Positions 1 to 13,919 of a stretch of DNA of 64,000 nucleotides are shown here, piece by piece. The stretch is from Paraspadella gotoi. Its lineage: Eukaryota > Animalia > Chaetognatha. How positions within the stretch are numbered: the first letter of the stretch is position 1; the number at the start of each line of letters is the position of its first letter. Location of the stretch: positions 5,067,505 to 5,131,504 of the forward strand of contig CM119265.1 in the NCBI GenBank assembly GCA_051294375.1. The letters are read 5' to 3'. The position numbers and the translations under genes are program-made. Under the pieces are notes generated by a model, which did no database searches, was not told the origin of the DNA, and saw only the letters and a list, made by a program, of their open reading frames with translations.

Positions 1-835
1 TCGTACTAATTTGTGTTGGTAAATTCTCAGTTTTATTTTGCATTATTTTTCTGACACATTCGAATTTGGTTGTAATTTTTGTCTACAAAGACGGGGTCTT
101 TTTTTTCGAAATTATGAAATATTGTCGCAGTTAGTATTCGAAAATTGAAGAAGGCTTTAACGTCAATCGCTCNNNNNNNNNNNNNNNNNNNNNNNNNNNN
201 NNNNNNNNNNNNNNNNNNNNNNNNNNNNNNNNNNNNNNNNNNNNNNNNNNNNNNNNNNNNNNNNNNNNNNNNNNNNNNNNNNNNNNNNNNNNNNNNNNNN
301 NNNNNNNNNNNNNNNNNNNNNNNNNNNNNNNNNNNNNNNNNNNNNNNNNNNNNNNNNTGAAAGGGTCGAGCTCGCGCAGCTCCGCGATGTAGGTGTTCAG
401 ATTGCCTTGAAGGACCTGGAGGATGGGAAAAGAACATTTATATTATATAATTATTAGCGTTAATGCTGGTAATTGTAGCCAAAAGCTTGCTTTCATCATT
501 GAGGAAAAAGAGGAAATAACGAAAAACTTTAAAATCGGCTACAAAGTACTAGATTTAAAATGCATTAAACTCATAAAAAAGGATGACAAATGGAAAGTGA
601 ATCTCGTGTTACCTCTTCCCCCCTCCGGTTTCGGTAGTGAATCCAGGTTCCGTTCGCTTCTCTTCTGTATTCCAAACGATAAAAATCCGCGAATTCTTGT
701 CCCTAAAAAAAAAAATAGAAAAACTTTATTTATTCTAAAATATTTTCTTCGCATATTGATTTATATGCGGGCAAACGAGTCCAAAGCTGCTTTTAAATGC
801 ATTAAAGCAACCCCGCTGCTTCCAGAAAGAAGAAC

Positions 836-881
<46 letters not shown>

Positions 882-2220
882 TCTTTTCCTCCCTCAACAT
901 CAATTTGCTTCTCGCTTTCTTTCCGTGTCAGATGCAATTCAAAATCAAAGTCTCCGTGAACAAATCACAATTTTGCTTGCTACGTATAGACAGAAATAAG
1001 AAAGAAAGAAAGAAAGATAAGAAAGAAACAAGAAACAAGGAAGAAACAAAAAAGAAACAATAAAAAAAGACACAGAACAAAGGAAAAAAAGAGTGAAAGA
1101 ACAAGGGAAGGTTTGTTTCAGTCTTTAGTTTATGATTTAAGTATTTATGTATTGACGGTGGTGAGCGTCGCCGTCGGGGAAGACGGCTCAGAGTTCGACG
1201 GCTGAGGATCGACATTCGACATCTTAGTTTAAGTTTCCCAAATTCACGATCGGGAGTCGCGACGACGAATAATAGGGAAAAGGGGTTTTCCGAGGCTATC
1301 TGGGTTATTTTAAATAACGTTTTGACTTGGAATTTTTTGGAATCTTCAGTTGCCTCGTAAAAAGATGTGCGACGTTATACGTTTTTACGTCGTTTTAACT
1401 ATTTTTATATTCGTTTATAGTTTATTATAAACTTGACCGTTTTAATTTCTGGTCGTCTGAATTTAATGTAGTTAAACGTTTTTAAAACACTTTGAATTCT
1501 CAATAGTCGTCTACAAAAATCAGCCAAATAAACAATGCATCCGAGACAACTTAAACAATTTATGTAAAAATCTTATTGTACTTCACGTCGACTGTCGTCT
1601 ATCTCTGATGCAAAAATTATTGGCAAAAAGCAAAGATGTTTAAAGTTATCATCGTTCGCATATCTCGCATTCAGTGAGAGAAAACGATACGCGATTGGTC
1701 GAGAGACCTGAAAAGAATCAACCGCTCACTGTTGAGATAAAAGATCAAAGAATGAAACGAAACAAAATCGGAAGAAAAAAAAAATCCAAAGAAACAACAA
1801 ACGCCATAAACGTTTGCGCCGCTAAAGTTCGAGTGGCGCCATCGCGCGTGAGAGGTTATATATGCACCCGTTCCAATGAGGATGATGGTGGAGGTGGGTA
1901 GGTGGGGAGGAAAAGGAAGTCGAAAGAGGGAGCGGGGAAATCCAAATCGAATTAAAGGAATACTCAGAAATACTCTGAAGAATTCGTCACCGAAATTTGA
2001 TTTTGAATTCTCTCGGGCGGGCTAAGTGAGGGGAGGAGGAGGAGGAGGGAAAGGAGGGAGGAGAGAGGAGAGAGGTAAGGAAAGGGTGAGTCGAGGGCGT
2101 GAGCGATGAGGGAGGAACTTTTGACACGATACGTCCTCGTGGATTCACATCAAAGACTTCACCCTCTTTTTTTTTCGGCAAGAGGAGGAAGAGAAATTGA
2201 GGAGAGGATATGTATGCGGA

Positions 2221-2273
<53 letters not shown>

Positions 2274-2611
2274 AAGAAAAAAGAGAAAGAGAGAAAGATA
2301 ACTAAAGTTGAAAAGGCGCCAAAAGTTAGATTGTCGACGCTTCCCAGTTGGCAATTATTAGGGTAGTTTTCATTTTGATAAACGCCTCCTGCCTTCCATA
2401 TTTCCATCGTTCTCCCCACTACCACCACTTTCCCCTGACACAGCGCCCCCCCCCCCACACGCGGCGTCGCCGAGTTCTCAGCGACATCTCTCGCCCTCAT
2501 CTAAATCTACGCTCCGCGTTGTTCCCTTTTGTCTCGCAGTGGGCGCTGGCGGCGGCGGGCGGCGTCGTNNNNNNNNNNNNNNNNNNNNNNNNNAAAGAGA
2601 GAGATAATTTT

Positions 2612-3193
2612 TCTTTCTCTTTCGCCATTGAAGGCGACTTTTCACTCTGCCTTGCCATTTTAATATTCGAGTTCAAATCAAACCTCCCAACAAATGTTAA
2701 GCGAAAGAAATGTTTCTCTCTCTCTCACTATCGTCTTTTCTTTCTTTCTTTGTATCTTTCTTTCTTCTTTCTAATCTTTACTTATTCTTCTTCTCTTCTT
2801 TCTTTCTTGTCTTTCTTTTTCTTGTTCTTTCTTTCTTTCTTTTTTTTTTTTCCTCTTGTTCTTTTTATTTTTCTCTTCCTCTCTCTCTCTCCCTCTCTCT
2901 TCTCTCATTTACTCAGCTCCTTTTCGCCAACGCATTTTTCTCGTCACAAACCGCGTTTTTAATCGCCTGCGCGCTCGTTTTGTTTCCTGGTCGAAACGGC
3001 GGCCTTCTCGTGGCGACGCCGAAAGTGGTGCTTTTTTCAAGCGTCGGTCTCGGAAAAAAGAACCGTGCCGGCCAGAGGCGTCGGAGGGCGTGTCGCGCCC
3101 GTCCACTTCGACGAGTTATCGGCGCTAATACAAATCGACGCTAAACCAAAAGGCCAGAGTGAAAAAGTCGCCTTCAAATGGCGAAAGAGAAAG
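2612..3193. repeat. ~42-bp inverted repeat pair (2612-2653 / 3150-3193) enclosing a CT-rich tract; MITE-like or artefact
   Basis: tctttctctttcgccattgaaggcgacttttcactctgcctt versus aaggccagagtgaaaaagtcgccttcaaatggcgaaagagaaaga. Confidence 0.6.
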
Positions 3194-3818
3194 ATATGAA
3201 TCGAGAATTGAACGACGCGAGTTTTCCATCAGAGATGACATTTTCCGAGTCACGGACGAGACGGATTTCGGAAGGATAACGACGCCGCCCCCCCCTTTTC
3301 CCTCACTGTTCCGACGACTGTCGATTTGAAAATGTGAAATGGCGCTTGACGCTCTTTTTCTTGATTTTTTTTACGAGGACAGTAAACATGACTCTTAAAA
3401 TACTGCGGATCTCCAGCGGTCGCGATTATGAAGATCAACGATCTTATCATACGCTAATAGGGACTTTGCATACATAGAAGATGACATATTAATCCTCCAT
3501 CAGCCGGCGAAAAATCAGACGCAAGATTTGTTTATCTGTAAATAAAAGACAATACATGTAAACAAAACCTAAAAAAACAAAAATAGCGGAAAAGGTATAG
3601 AAAAAAGGAGAATAGTAAACTATGCAAGAAACGAATAAACAAATGTGAGAACCTTAGTCAATACTATCAGTGTCAAGATAACTTTTGACATAAATGAATG
3701 CATAACTTTTAAATTTCTTGTACAAATTTTATATTAAAAAAGTAAAGATAAAAAATGAAACTTTCTCTTCTCCGAAGACGAATGACGGTCGTGGAATTTT
3801 CTGCTCGGAAAAGGTTTG

Positions 3819-5212
3819 ACCGGAAGTCGGAAGTCGGATGAGAGGGCGGGACCTCGTTCGACTTTTGAGGGCCTAACGAGGGGTCGACCTNNNNNNNNNN
3901 NNNNNNNNNNNNNNNNNNNNNNNNNNNNNNNNNNNNNNNNNNNNNNNNNNNNNNNNNNNNNNNNNNNNNNNNNNNNNNNNNNNNNNNNNNNNNNNNNNNN
4001 NNNNNNNNNNNNNNNNNNNNNNNNNNNNNNNNNNNNNNNNNNNGAGATTCGCTCGCAACTTCGAAGGTGAGAAACTAGAGAACTCCGGAAAAGATAAGAG
4101 AAGACGAAGAGGCTTTCCGGCGCTTCTCGGTCACGTGATCGGCAAAAAAAAAACTAAGTCAACGACTCAATGGTCATTCATTCCGACGCGGTTCCCTTTT
4201 CTCATTTTCGTTCGGCACTTTCGCTGGCCAATCTATATTTCCTAGAAATACCAAACCGAAGAACTCAAAAAGAATTCTGTTTTGAGTCAAATATTCTTAA
4301 GCTTTTTTCCCCTTCGTCTTTCTACCTTTTTTTAAACCTTTTTTTCTTTTATTTTTATGGGATGCCTTGTTTTCCAGTTCCTTTTCTCCGCGTCAATCTA
4401 AATGCAAGTGGAATCGTCGCCCGTGGAAATTGAAAATCCGTTTTGACACTCCGGGCGAAAACAAGAGTCTTTGTGTATCGGGCGGTTTTTCCTTGGCTTG
4501 GGTGGCGGTGTTGTCTGAGAGCATGGGAGAGGAGAAATATTGGATGGTTTTGATAGATTGCATATTTACATTTCGTATATATAATGTATACGTTTGTAAA
4601 TATGGACACGTAGACACATAAATAGTATTAATATCGGTTTCCGACCACGAGACTTTAAAAAATTGAGGCACCCCATTCCCGACTTTTTTGTAACCCGACT
4701 CAATTCTTCTACTACTATATTACTCTCCAGCAGGCGTGGCCATTTTGCGGCCTGGGCGTGGACTTTCCGCTTCCGGGTCGCCAAAGTCGGGAAGGGGGAA
4801 GTGGGCGGCGGACGCTGACCTCCAAAGCGTCACGGCGAGAATATTTTCTCTCTCCCCGTTAGACTAAACTAAGGTCGGCGGGNNNNNNNNNNNNNNNNNN
4901 NNNNNNNNNNNNNNNNNNNNNNNNNNNNNNNNNNNNNNNNNNNNNNNNNNNNNNNNNNNNNNNNNNNNNNNNNNNNNNNNNNNNNNNNNNNNNNNNNNNN
5001 NNNNNNNNNNNNNNNNNNNNNNNNNNNNNNNNNNNNNNNNNNNNNNNNNNNNNNNNNNNNNNNNNNNNNNNNNNNAAAAAAAACAGCGAGCAAGATGAAA
5101 AAGCTACCAACTTTGCAAAACGAAAAAGAGGTCCTTTGCCTCCCTGCCCTCTTACGTCTCTCCTCTCTTTAGCCACGCCCCATTTTTCGGACACGCCCAT
5201 TGGACTTCCGGT
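3819..5212. promoter_or_regulatory. Housekeeping-type CpG-rich promoter region(s), broken by gaps
   Basis: ACCGGAAGT+CGGAAGT at 3819-3834, GTCACGTGAT at 4130-4139, GCCATTTTG (YY1-like) at 4739-4747, CTTCCGGG at 4770-4777, GGGCGG at ~4803, GCCACGCCC at 5172-5180, ACTTCCGG at 5204-5211. Confidence 0.45.
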
Positions 5213-7041
5213 TATTGAATCGGCGATGACGAATGGCGATAACCGGGTTTAGGGTCGAACGCGGAAAAAAAAAATATTGCAAATCGATTCGACCTGGGAC
5301 GGGAGCGGGGGAGTGATATCTGGGGGAGGTGCGTGGTTTGAGACTTCAATAAGGGGGAAGGGGCAAAGAGTAAATTCTTTCTCCTTCGTCAAGCAAATGG
5401 GATAAAGATTCGGGAATTCGATAATCTGAAACAAATTAAGAGTTCGGCCGCCGAGGACAAGAGTCCCAAATATTTCTGCGACGAACTACGTTTTTGAAAC
5501 GGGAGGGAGATAAAATTTTGTTCCTAGAAGGAGACGAAACAGTGATAAAGATTGCGTCCGTGACTTTATTTTTAGCACCGTCCTTAAGCTGAGCTATATT
5601 CCTAGCTCACTCAAGCAAAATAAGCTTAAAGCTAACACTCTCTCTCTCTCGCTCCCACTTTTTCTCTCTCCATNNNNNNNNNNNNNNNNNNNNNNNNNNN
5701 NNNNNNNNNNNNNNNNNNNNNNNNNNNNNNNNNNNNNNNNNNNNNNNNNNNNNNNNNNNNNNNNNNNNNNNNNNNNNNNNNNNNNNNNNNNNNNNNNNNN
5801 NNNNNNNNNNNNTCAAACATTTTTTTTGTTCCGTATCTTCATTCGTTTTTTTCCGCCCGAAGGAGCAAAACTCTCGATGCGGTCTCCTCTCTTTTTCTAC
5901 TAACGAATATCTTGTATTGGGTCTATACCTCTCTACAGTTCAATCACTCAGTATAACTCAGTATCCTAGTATCCACTCTTCAATCGTTCTCTTTTTTCCC
6001 CCCAATCGTTATAGAAAGTTTCGCTCGCTGCTCATGACTACAATATCCGATATATTACGTACAATCCGACTAGTTCTATCTATTAAAATCAAGAACGCGA
6101 ATTTAATAATTTCTTTGCCCTGACCGTACTCGCCGGATCTCAAAGGATTAACTGCTTCAAGTTTTTATTGAGAAAAAGTGAGATGGATACATGAAAGTGG
6201 TGACGGTAGTGGTGGCCGTGGTGGTGGCTGCGACTGTTGCGGCGGCTTCGGCGGTGGCGGCGACGATGGCGGCAACGGTAGCGGCGCGGTTCGTGGTTCG
6301 TGTTGAAAAATTGATCCGTCTCGAAACCGTTGGACCGAGAATATTGGGTCGACGTGACGCGACCCGAAAGTTGCGAGGGTGGACGAGGTTTTGACGAGGG
6401 CTGGGGTTCGGGGTGTCGTAGGGCTTGGGTCGGGTTGGGTCACGTCGGGCGAGGGCGTAAAAACTATGGTGAGTTAACGGGGCAAAGTTAGGCGGATATA
6501 TGGAAATATATTTACGTAATGATCAGCGATTCGTTAAAGGAGCCGAGGAGGGGACAAGAAACTCTACAGATGAGACTGCAACGCATTTTCTCCTCATCAG
6601 TTGGCACTCGTTAATTGATCATGTCTCATTTTTGCGAGGACCAATATGGATCTCAAACTCTGCTTTAATACCTACTTTTTAAGTTTATGGCGTGAACTAT
6701 CTTTTAAAAATATTATATCATAAGAAAATGGCTAACTGTAAGCTTCACTGGACGTTCCTTTAACTAAAAATTCCGGAAACGAAAAGATATGCAAATGGTG
6801 ATTCGTGCTAAAAGTTCCAAGGATTTTCGAAAGAGGGTGGAGGGGCAGTAACGCCTAAGATATGCTAACACAGAGTNNNNNNNNNNNNNNNNNNNNNNNN
6901 NNNNNNNNNNNNNNNNNNNNNNNNNNNNNNNNNNNNNNNNNNNNNNNNNNNNNNNNNNNNNNNNNNNNNNNNNNNNNNNNNNNNNNNNNNNNNNNNNNNN
7001 NNNNNNNNNNNNNNNNNNNNNNNNNNNNNNNNNNNNNNNNN

Positions 7042-7074
<33 letters not shown>

Positions 7075-7184
7075 AGCGGCCGATTAATCCGGCGCCCTTT
7101 CGACCTTCTGCTGACGCGCGATGGCGCCTTTCGTTTTTTTCAGTTTTGAGAAAATGTTTTCACATTTGGGTGCCGATATTTGTC

Positions 7185-7520
<336 letters not shown>

Positions 7521-8110
7521 AAGCGACGCCAAGGACGGCACATAATCGCAGTGGAGTTTACGGGTAAGGAGATGGTAAGTGATTAACAAATATATTAGGA
7601 TAAAAATAAATCTAATCAAAAGCTAAAAACTTCACTTTCTCTCACCATTTTTTGAAAAAACCACAGGAACACTTCAGCTCATAACCCAACATTCCAACAC
7701 CCCCCCAGAAATGAGGGAGCGACAAATCCGTCAAGAAAAAAAATGGACGAAACTTCTCAGTCACTTCGTGATTTGATTCGTGAAGAAAAAGGAGGCCATT
7801 CGTGACGTGAAACGACGACGTCTCGAACGACGACGACAGCCTGTGTCACCCTGTGACGGTAATACGGTGAAAAGGTGAAGAGGTGACTCGGTGTCGCTTA
7901 TTCCTTCTCCCCCTTCTTTCTTTATAAAAGGAAGAAACCTCTGGATTTTTGCTGAGAGAAAAGAAACAAAAGAGAATCCAAAGACAAAAGAAAAACAAAA
8001 ATTATGGTTTCGTTGTTTTGCGCTGAGGGGAAATAACAATGAGCAAAAAAGAAAGACTTCGAAAAAAAAAATAACTGAAAAAAAAAATGGGGAAAAAAAA
8101 GAAGAGAGAT

Positions 8111-11100
8111 TACAAAGCAGTTAAGTGCCCTCGGATGGAAACAATCATCTTTCTTCTTACAAGGAATTGGGCATTACTAAAAGCAATCTTCAAGCGATCA
8201 CAGTTTCAGCAACAATTGGAAAGATCATTGAGACTTACTTTGAGCCGGCTTAAAATTGCCGAGAAACTAAATAATAAAAAGTGTAAAATCTAGGATCCTT
8301 TTAAAGCCTGGCTCGCCTGTACAATTCTGATAAACTCAAACTTGAGTCAACGTCTCGATCTCAAGCTTCTCGCTGTTAGAAGACTGTTACCACAGTCCAC
8401 CATTAGCATCTACGTTTCATGGGGAACGTTCAATGTGAGCTGCAACGAACTCTAGCATTCCCCGTGGCGCTAATCCTCAAGCTCAATCAAAGCTTACCAC
8501 AATTATTCGACTCCAAGAGGCAAACTTCTACCTCAAAAAACCATAACATCCGCCTATCACTGAAACGGGATTATTAATCCAAAACCTTCAAGTTCCATGA
8601 TGGAATCACGATCAAGAAGAATTCCATATCACAATCAGAAAAGCCAAATGAAATCGAAATCTAAATACCAAAATGGACCCAGATAACAGGTAAGCACTTT
8701 ATTTGAATTGAATACTAAGGCACACCAAATGCAGACTAACGGAGTTAAATAAGCTAATTAAAACAACTCAACAGAATAAGTTACTCTTCACAATTTTTAA
8801 TGCATATTCTGCTAAAAAAGGGAAATCAATTAAAAATGGATGGGATTGAATTTTTAATCAATCCCTGGGCAAAGTCCGTATCGGTCCGCATCGCAGGGAG
8901 GCATTGCCATCTCGGTTTCCCAAGAAGGACTACTGCTTAAAAAAACTATGCAAAAATCAATGGCAAGAAAGGTTACATAAGTCACTGTTCAATTGAATAA
9001 AAACAAAAAGTTAAAAATAGGGACTATCTATCTTTCATCCAAAAGCAAGATGCAGACAAGCTCATAAAACGTTTTTTCTCAGAATGATGGTGCAAACAAA
9101 AGTGTTTTATGTGGTGATTCAATGCGCCAATTATTGAATGGGGAAAGTAGAAAACAAACTCAACTGAAGGTGAGCACTTTACAAGGCCTTATGCAATCAA
9201 TATGAATTAACCCCGCGTTCACAGTTATAAATGATACTTTACTATGATAAATCAAGGGAAAAATCTTTAATCTGCTAGGACTTTATGTTGGATAAATCTA
9301 GTCAAATTAATCTCATTAGAGCCACACAAATCCCTGGAAGATATCGGAAGATGACCATCTAGCCCAGCGGCTATTAGATCTGTGAACAATACAACACTCC
9401 TCATGGAAAAAGAAAACAAACAAAAATAAGTTAACTGGCAAGCTTTCGTCAGCAATCTCAGGAGGATTTGGTATTATAATACATAAACAAGTGAAAAACA
9501 TTGTGAAGACAGAAATAGGACAAGATGGGTCGAAAAAAACTCACTCAAGCCATACAAAGGTCAACTTACTCAAGCAACAAGGCATTGACAAAGGCAAAGA
9601 ACAAATTGGGGTACACCCTTACTTGTGACACTCAGAAGATGTTAATTACAAAAAGAAGAAAAATTCTGAATACATTGAAAAACTCTAAAAAGACAATGGT
9701 ATCTTGACCGAAAACTGCATAAGCAATATAACTTTTTATGTAGGCAAAGTTCGATAAAAAAAAAAATGAAAGACAAGGAGAACGAATTCAAAGAAGAAAT
9801 TAAATTAGCTGTGTAACACAAAAGATGGTGCAAAGAAATGGAGAGCGCTAATAAGGGAATTAACAAACTATAAATCTGAATGCAGAAACACCATCAGCCA
9901 CATTGACGAGGCCAGAATGGAAGCGTAGCGCCATGCAGTAGAAGGAAAATTTAGAAGTCCAAGCTGAAAGAAATGGAAGAGAGCATATCTCTTCACAAAG
10001 CAACAAATTTAAAGAAGGACAAGAGTGGATCTCAAAAATTGAAAAAGATCTGAAGGCAAACCAACATCTTCTCCGCCGGCAAAAACAATCAGGAGCAGAA
10101 GAAAACGGGGATGATTACTTTCAACTTATTCTTAAATACATGCGAGCCCAACACTCTGAAATGTTCAATCCACTAAATTGAAAAAATCGCCAGCCAACCC
10201 ATGGAGATGATGCATAACCATGAAATGATAAAAACATGCTCCAGAAAAGTGGGATTAAAAAACCTGGTGAGATATACCAGGAATTGTTAAGCGATGGCTT
10301 ACTTTCCTAAAAGGCATGGGAAAGTGGCAAAAATTAAAAAATGCTCACTAAAGCCTGATAAAAAATCCCTCAATGGCAAAAAGCAATGACCTGATGCTTC
10401 CTCTTGTCAATGTCTAGGAAAACTCTTTGAGAGAATAAACAGCCCTTTTTAGCTGGTTCAGCAAAGAAGAACAAAGTTGCTATTAACATTGAACCAGTCT
10501 GGCTACCAGAAAGGAAGAAGGAACTAGGCAAAACTTAATCAAGGCTTGTGGAGGATTGCTACACGGGCTTCAAGAGACAACAGGGTACAATTCTTTAGCT
10601 CACTCCTATGACTAATGAAGGAGCATTTTAATGCCGTTTTGGCATGAAAGGACCTTGGTGGAAAAATGATTGAAAAAAATCTATCCCATCAAAATTATCG
10701 AATAATCTCCTCCTTTTGACAGACAGATTTTTATTCAATAAAAGAAGGGAGACAAAATCAAGAACATGTCAAACTCTGTAGAGGCTGCGCCTCAGGTGCA
10801 ATACTCAGTCCTGAACCATATTTGCCATTTATTTGTTTGCTAGATTTAACCGTTAGGAAGCTCGCAAGACAATGCATGCCTCACAATATGCTGAGTGATG
10901 TTGATTGGCTACCTGGACACACAAGTCGACCATATATCAGTTGCCAGCTCAGAACGAACACAAAAAGTTTTGAATGCTAATGGGTAGCATCCGGTGCTAG
11001 CATGTGCGCCAGCATGGGGGCTCTCTGCCCCAACAAAATCCTTTGCAATGCATAATCAACTAGATGTCCCTCCTGGAAAGAAAAAATGCAGTAACTTGAC

Positions 11101-12032
11101 CTTAAACTGGCAATAAAATTCCACACAGTCCAAGAACTCATCTTAGGTAGTTACCATTGATGACAGACTAACTGTGGTAAACCATTCAATAAAACTATTA
11201 ACAAAGAGGCCAACAAAATATATTCCGCGATTAACACGCTTGCAATGATTTGCCAAGGAGTGACTTTTCAGAAGTCCTGCGCCTATTTTGATGGGCCTTA
11301 TAGTGTTAACCTAGCATACTCTGCTCCAGCACACCTATGCCATGAGTGGAGTTCAATTGGCAAAAGATAGATGCACATGTCATGAAGGCTGTAAAAAAGT
11401 TTCTTCAAAATTCACTCAACAAACAGGATAAGCGTGGCTGTTACTAGACGCCACATTGGCCGACATAAGCTCTTTCAGAAACCATCTTAAAAAAAGAGCC
11501 ACAAAACCGAAGTTCATCACATTGTCAAACACACAGAAGTTTCTCGGGGATTACAGTCGGCAAAATAAGGGAAAAGAGGACCCACATCAATCATCCAATC
11601 AATCTACGGCACCACAAATCCTCAGACGATGACAATGTTCCAGTCACTAAAGTGTCTCATGTGTTATTTAATAAATGAATCATCTATTTGCGTAGCTCGT
11701 AGGTTTATAAGGCGAACAATTACCCTTTTTTTTTTGTAATTGAGTAGCTAAAACTTATGATTAATGCGACCTTTAGCAGAATAATTGATTGGTAGACTTT
11801 TATAACTGTAAAACCTTTTAATGAAATTTAAAAATGACGGAACCCACTTGTTTTACCTTTAGGTCCTTCTTGCAGAATGGTACCTAGGTCCATGACATAT
11901 TATCTATATCTATCCTACTATCCTCTATCACTTTCTTCACTGTCGCTTGTGCTAATTTTGGCAAAGTGCTTCATGGCGCCTGTTTGAGTTTAAAACAATC
12001 CGTCCAATCACTAAGTAAATAATTTTTTATTT
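8111..12032 (+). mobile_element. Second, 5'-truncated copy of the same LINE (end of ORF1, ORF2, 3' UTR)
   Basis: Colinear with 13556-17482 with scattered indels: ITET ~8557, GGIAI ~8897, GDFNA ~9113, GSDH ~9345, WKVAKI ~10316, AFNAVW ~10623, PQG ~10789, YADD ~10887, LGVTIDDRL ~11141. Ends at a 25-N gap. Confidence 0.88.
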
Positions 12033-12116
12033 NNNNNNNNNNNNNNNNNNNNNNNNNTAAATTAATTCCAGAGACGCGTGATCGCGGGAAATGAGGGCTT
12101 AAACCATCTCTCTCTC

Positions 12117-12175
<59 letters not shown>

Positions 12176-12229
12176 ATAATAAAAACTTAAATCAACTGTT
12201 CGAATCTCTCTCCTTTAATGAACATTACC

Positions 12230-13750
12230 AACAAAAAAAGAAAAAAAACGAATCAAAAATCACTAGTCAAATCATAAACAAAAATCTGGATTACTGAGGT
12301 GGCACTCACCTTCATCGTGAGTCCAGCGACCAGTCCAGAATTGCCAGTCAAAAACAAATCAAGCTCAGCAACGTAACATATCAACAAGGCTTTGTAGGCT
12401 GACCGAATATATGAACAGCAAAATAAAACTGCTGGAGCATGATATTGAAGAATTAATAAATTAACCTTGATGAAGAATCTCGAACCTTGGCTAATAAACA
12501 AACTGTTGCAAAATGTGAAAAGCGATAGTAAGCAGTCAAGCAAAGACTGTGAAACCAACACGCCGGCCGGAAAATTCTTTCTTGAAAAAGCGACTTCGGA
12601 AACGGAAGCTCGACGATCTTATGGAGATTCCCAGCCAACGAAGTAAAAGCCGAGGCCAAACCCAAAACAAGGAAAAAGAAAAAGATGCTGGATGAGAGAC
12701 GAACTCGGATAACCCTAGAAGCGTCAAGCAGTTCAACTGGCTCCACACCTCTGGAATCTTGAGGTTCTTTCTAGTCGGAAAAAGCTGCCAGAGGTAATCA
12801 GCAGTCGTACAAGGGCAAATCTCAAACTATAGATGCAGATAAAGAGTACTTAAAGAGAGGCGCAGACTTGCTTCTTCTCTGGAAAAGACGGACGCAGCTT
12901 TAAAACTCGTTTCCTAAACAAGAAAAATGGGGACACTAGTAGTACAAGTTTAACTCCCCGTCTTCCGTCTACAAAATCAATACCACAAGTGGTCGTTATA
13001 CGAGGAGGTTTGACAAAGACATTGACAGACGACATTTGTAGAGATAGCTGCGGGAACAAGGCTTACTCGCCCCGGCCCAACAGCACGTCTTCATACGGCA
13101 GTTAACGGAAACTAACCAACAGTGAATGTAAAGGTCACCTTGTATTCAAAAAAACAGAAAAGACAAACTTTTAAGCTGAAGGAGCACCTGTGTTTTACTA
13201 CAAAACGCCACAAATGTGTCGACTATAAGCCCAGGGGGTGTGTATTCAGTGTTACGCCTGTCAAGCCTTTGTCCACATGACAGGCAACTTGCAAAAAAGA
13301 AACTGCGTGGTCCAATGCGATGTGGAGAGCCCATAACCACAAAGAATGCAATAAAACAAATTCTGAAAGTAAATGCTGGCAAAATTTGCGGCATAACCAT
13401 GCTATCCACTTCAAAAATGCCCCGTTTTTATATATCTGCTTATAGATTGCCCAAGAAAGAAACAAAATGCGAAGCAGATGGAAAAACATCCAAAAGCAGT
13501 ATTCAGATGCATGAAAGGGCTGACAAACAAGGGAAATGCTTTGAGCAGGACATAACTACAAGCAAGTAAAGTGCCCTGATGGAAACAATCAACTTTCTTC
13601 TTACAAGGAATTGGGCATTTACTAAAGAGCAATCTCAAAGCGATCACGAGTATTCAGCAAACAATTGGGAAGATCATTGAGACTCTTTGAGCGGCTAAAA
13701 ATATCCGAGAAACTAAATAATAAAAAGTGTAAAATCTTAGGATCCTTTAA
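12230..13750 (+). pseudogene. LINE ORF1 (gag-like nucleic-acid chaperone with three zinc knuckles), frameshifted
   Basis: tgttacgcctgtcaagcctttgtccacatgacaggcaacttgc (13250-13292) reads CYACQAFVHMTGNC (CX2CX4HX4C) with one indel. RCGEPHNHKEC follows at ~13318-13349 and a degenerate third knuckle at ~13373-13402. Start and end are approximate. Confidence 0.7.
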
Positions 13751-13919
13751 AAGCCTGCCTCGCCTGTACCAATTCTGATAAACTCAAACTTGAGTACGTC
13801 TCGATCTCAAGCTTCTCCTGTTACGAAGACTGTTACCAAGTTCCACCATTAAGCAATCTACGTTCATGGGGAAGTTCAATGTGAGCTGCAACGAACTCCT
13901 AGCATCCCGTGGGCATCCT

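Noticed and set aside
6165-6470. Pro-rich (minus) or Gly/Ala-rich (plus) ORF as a gene
   Set aside because: Low-complexity GGC/GGT repeats keep several frames open. Splice-like signals exist on both strands, so no frame can be chosen.
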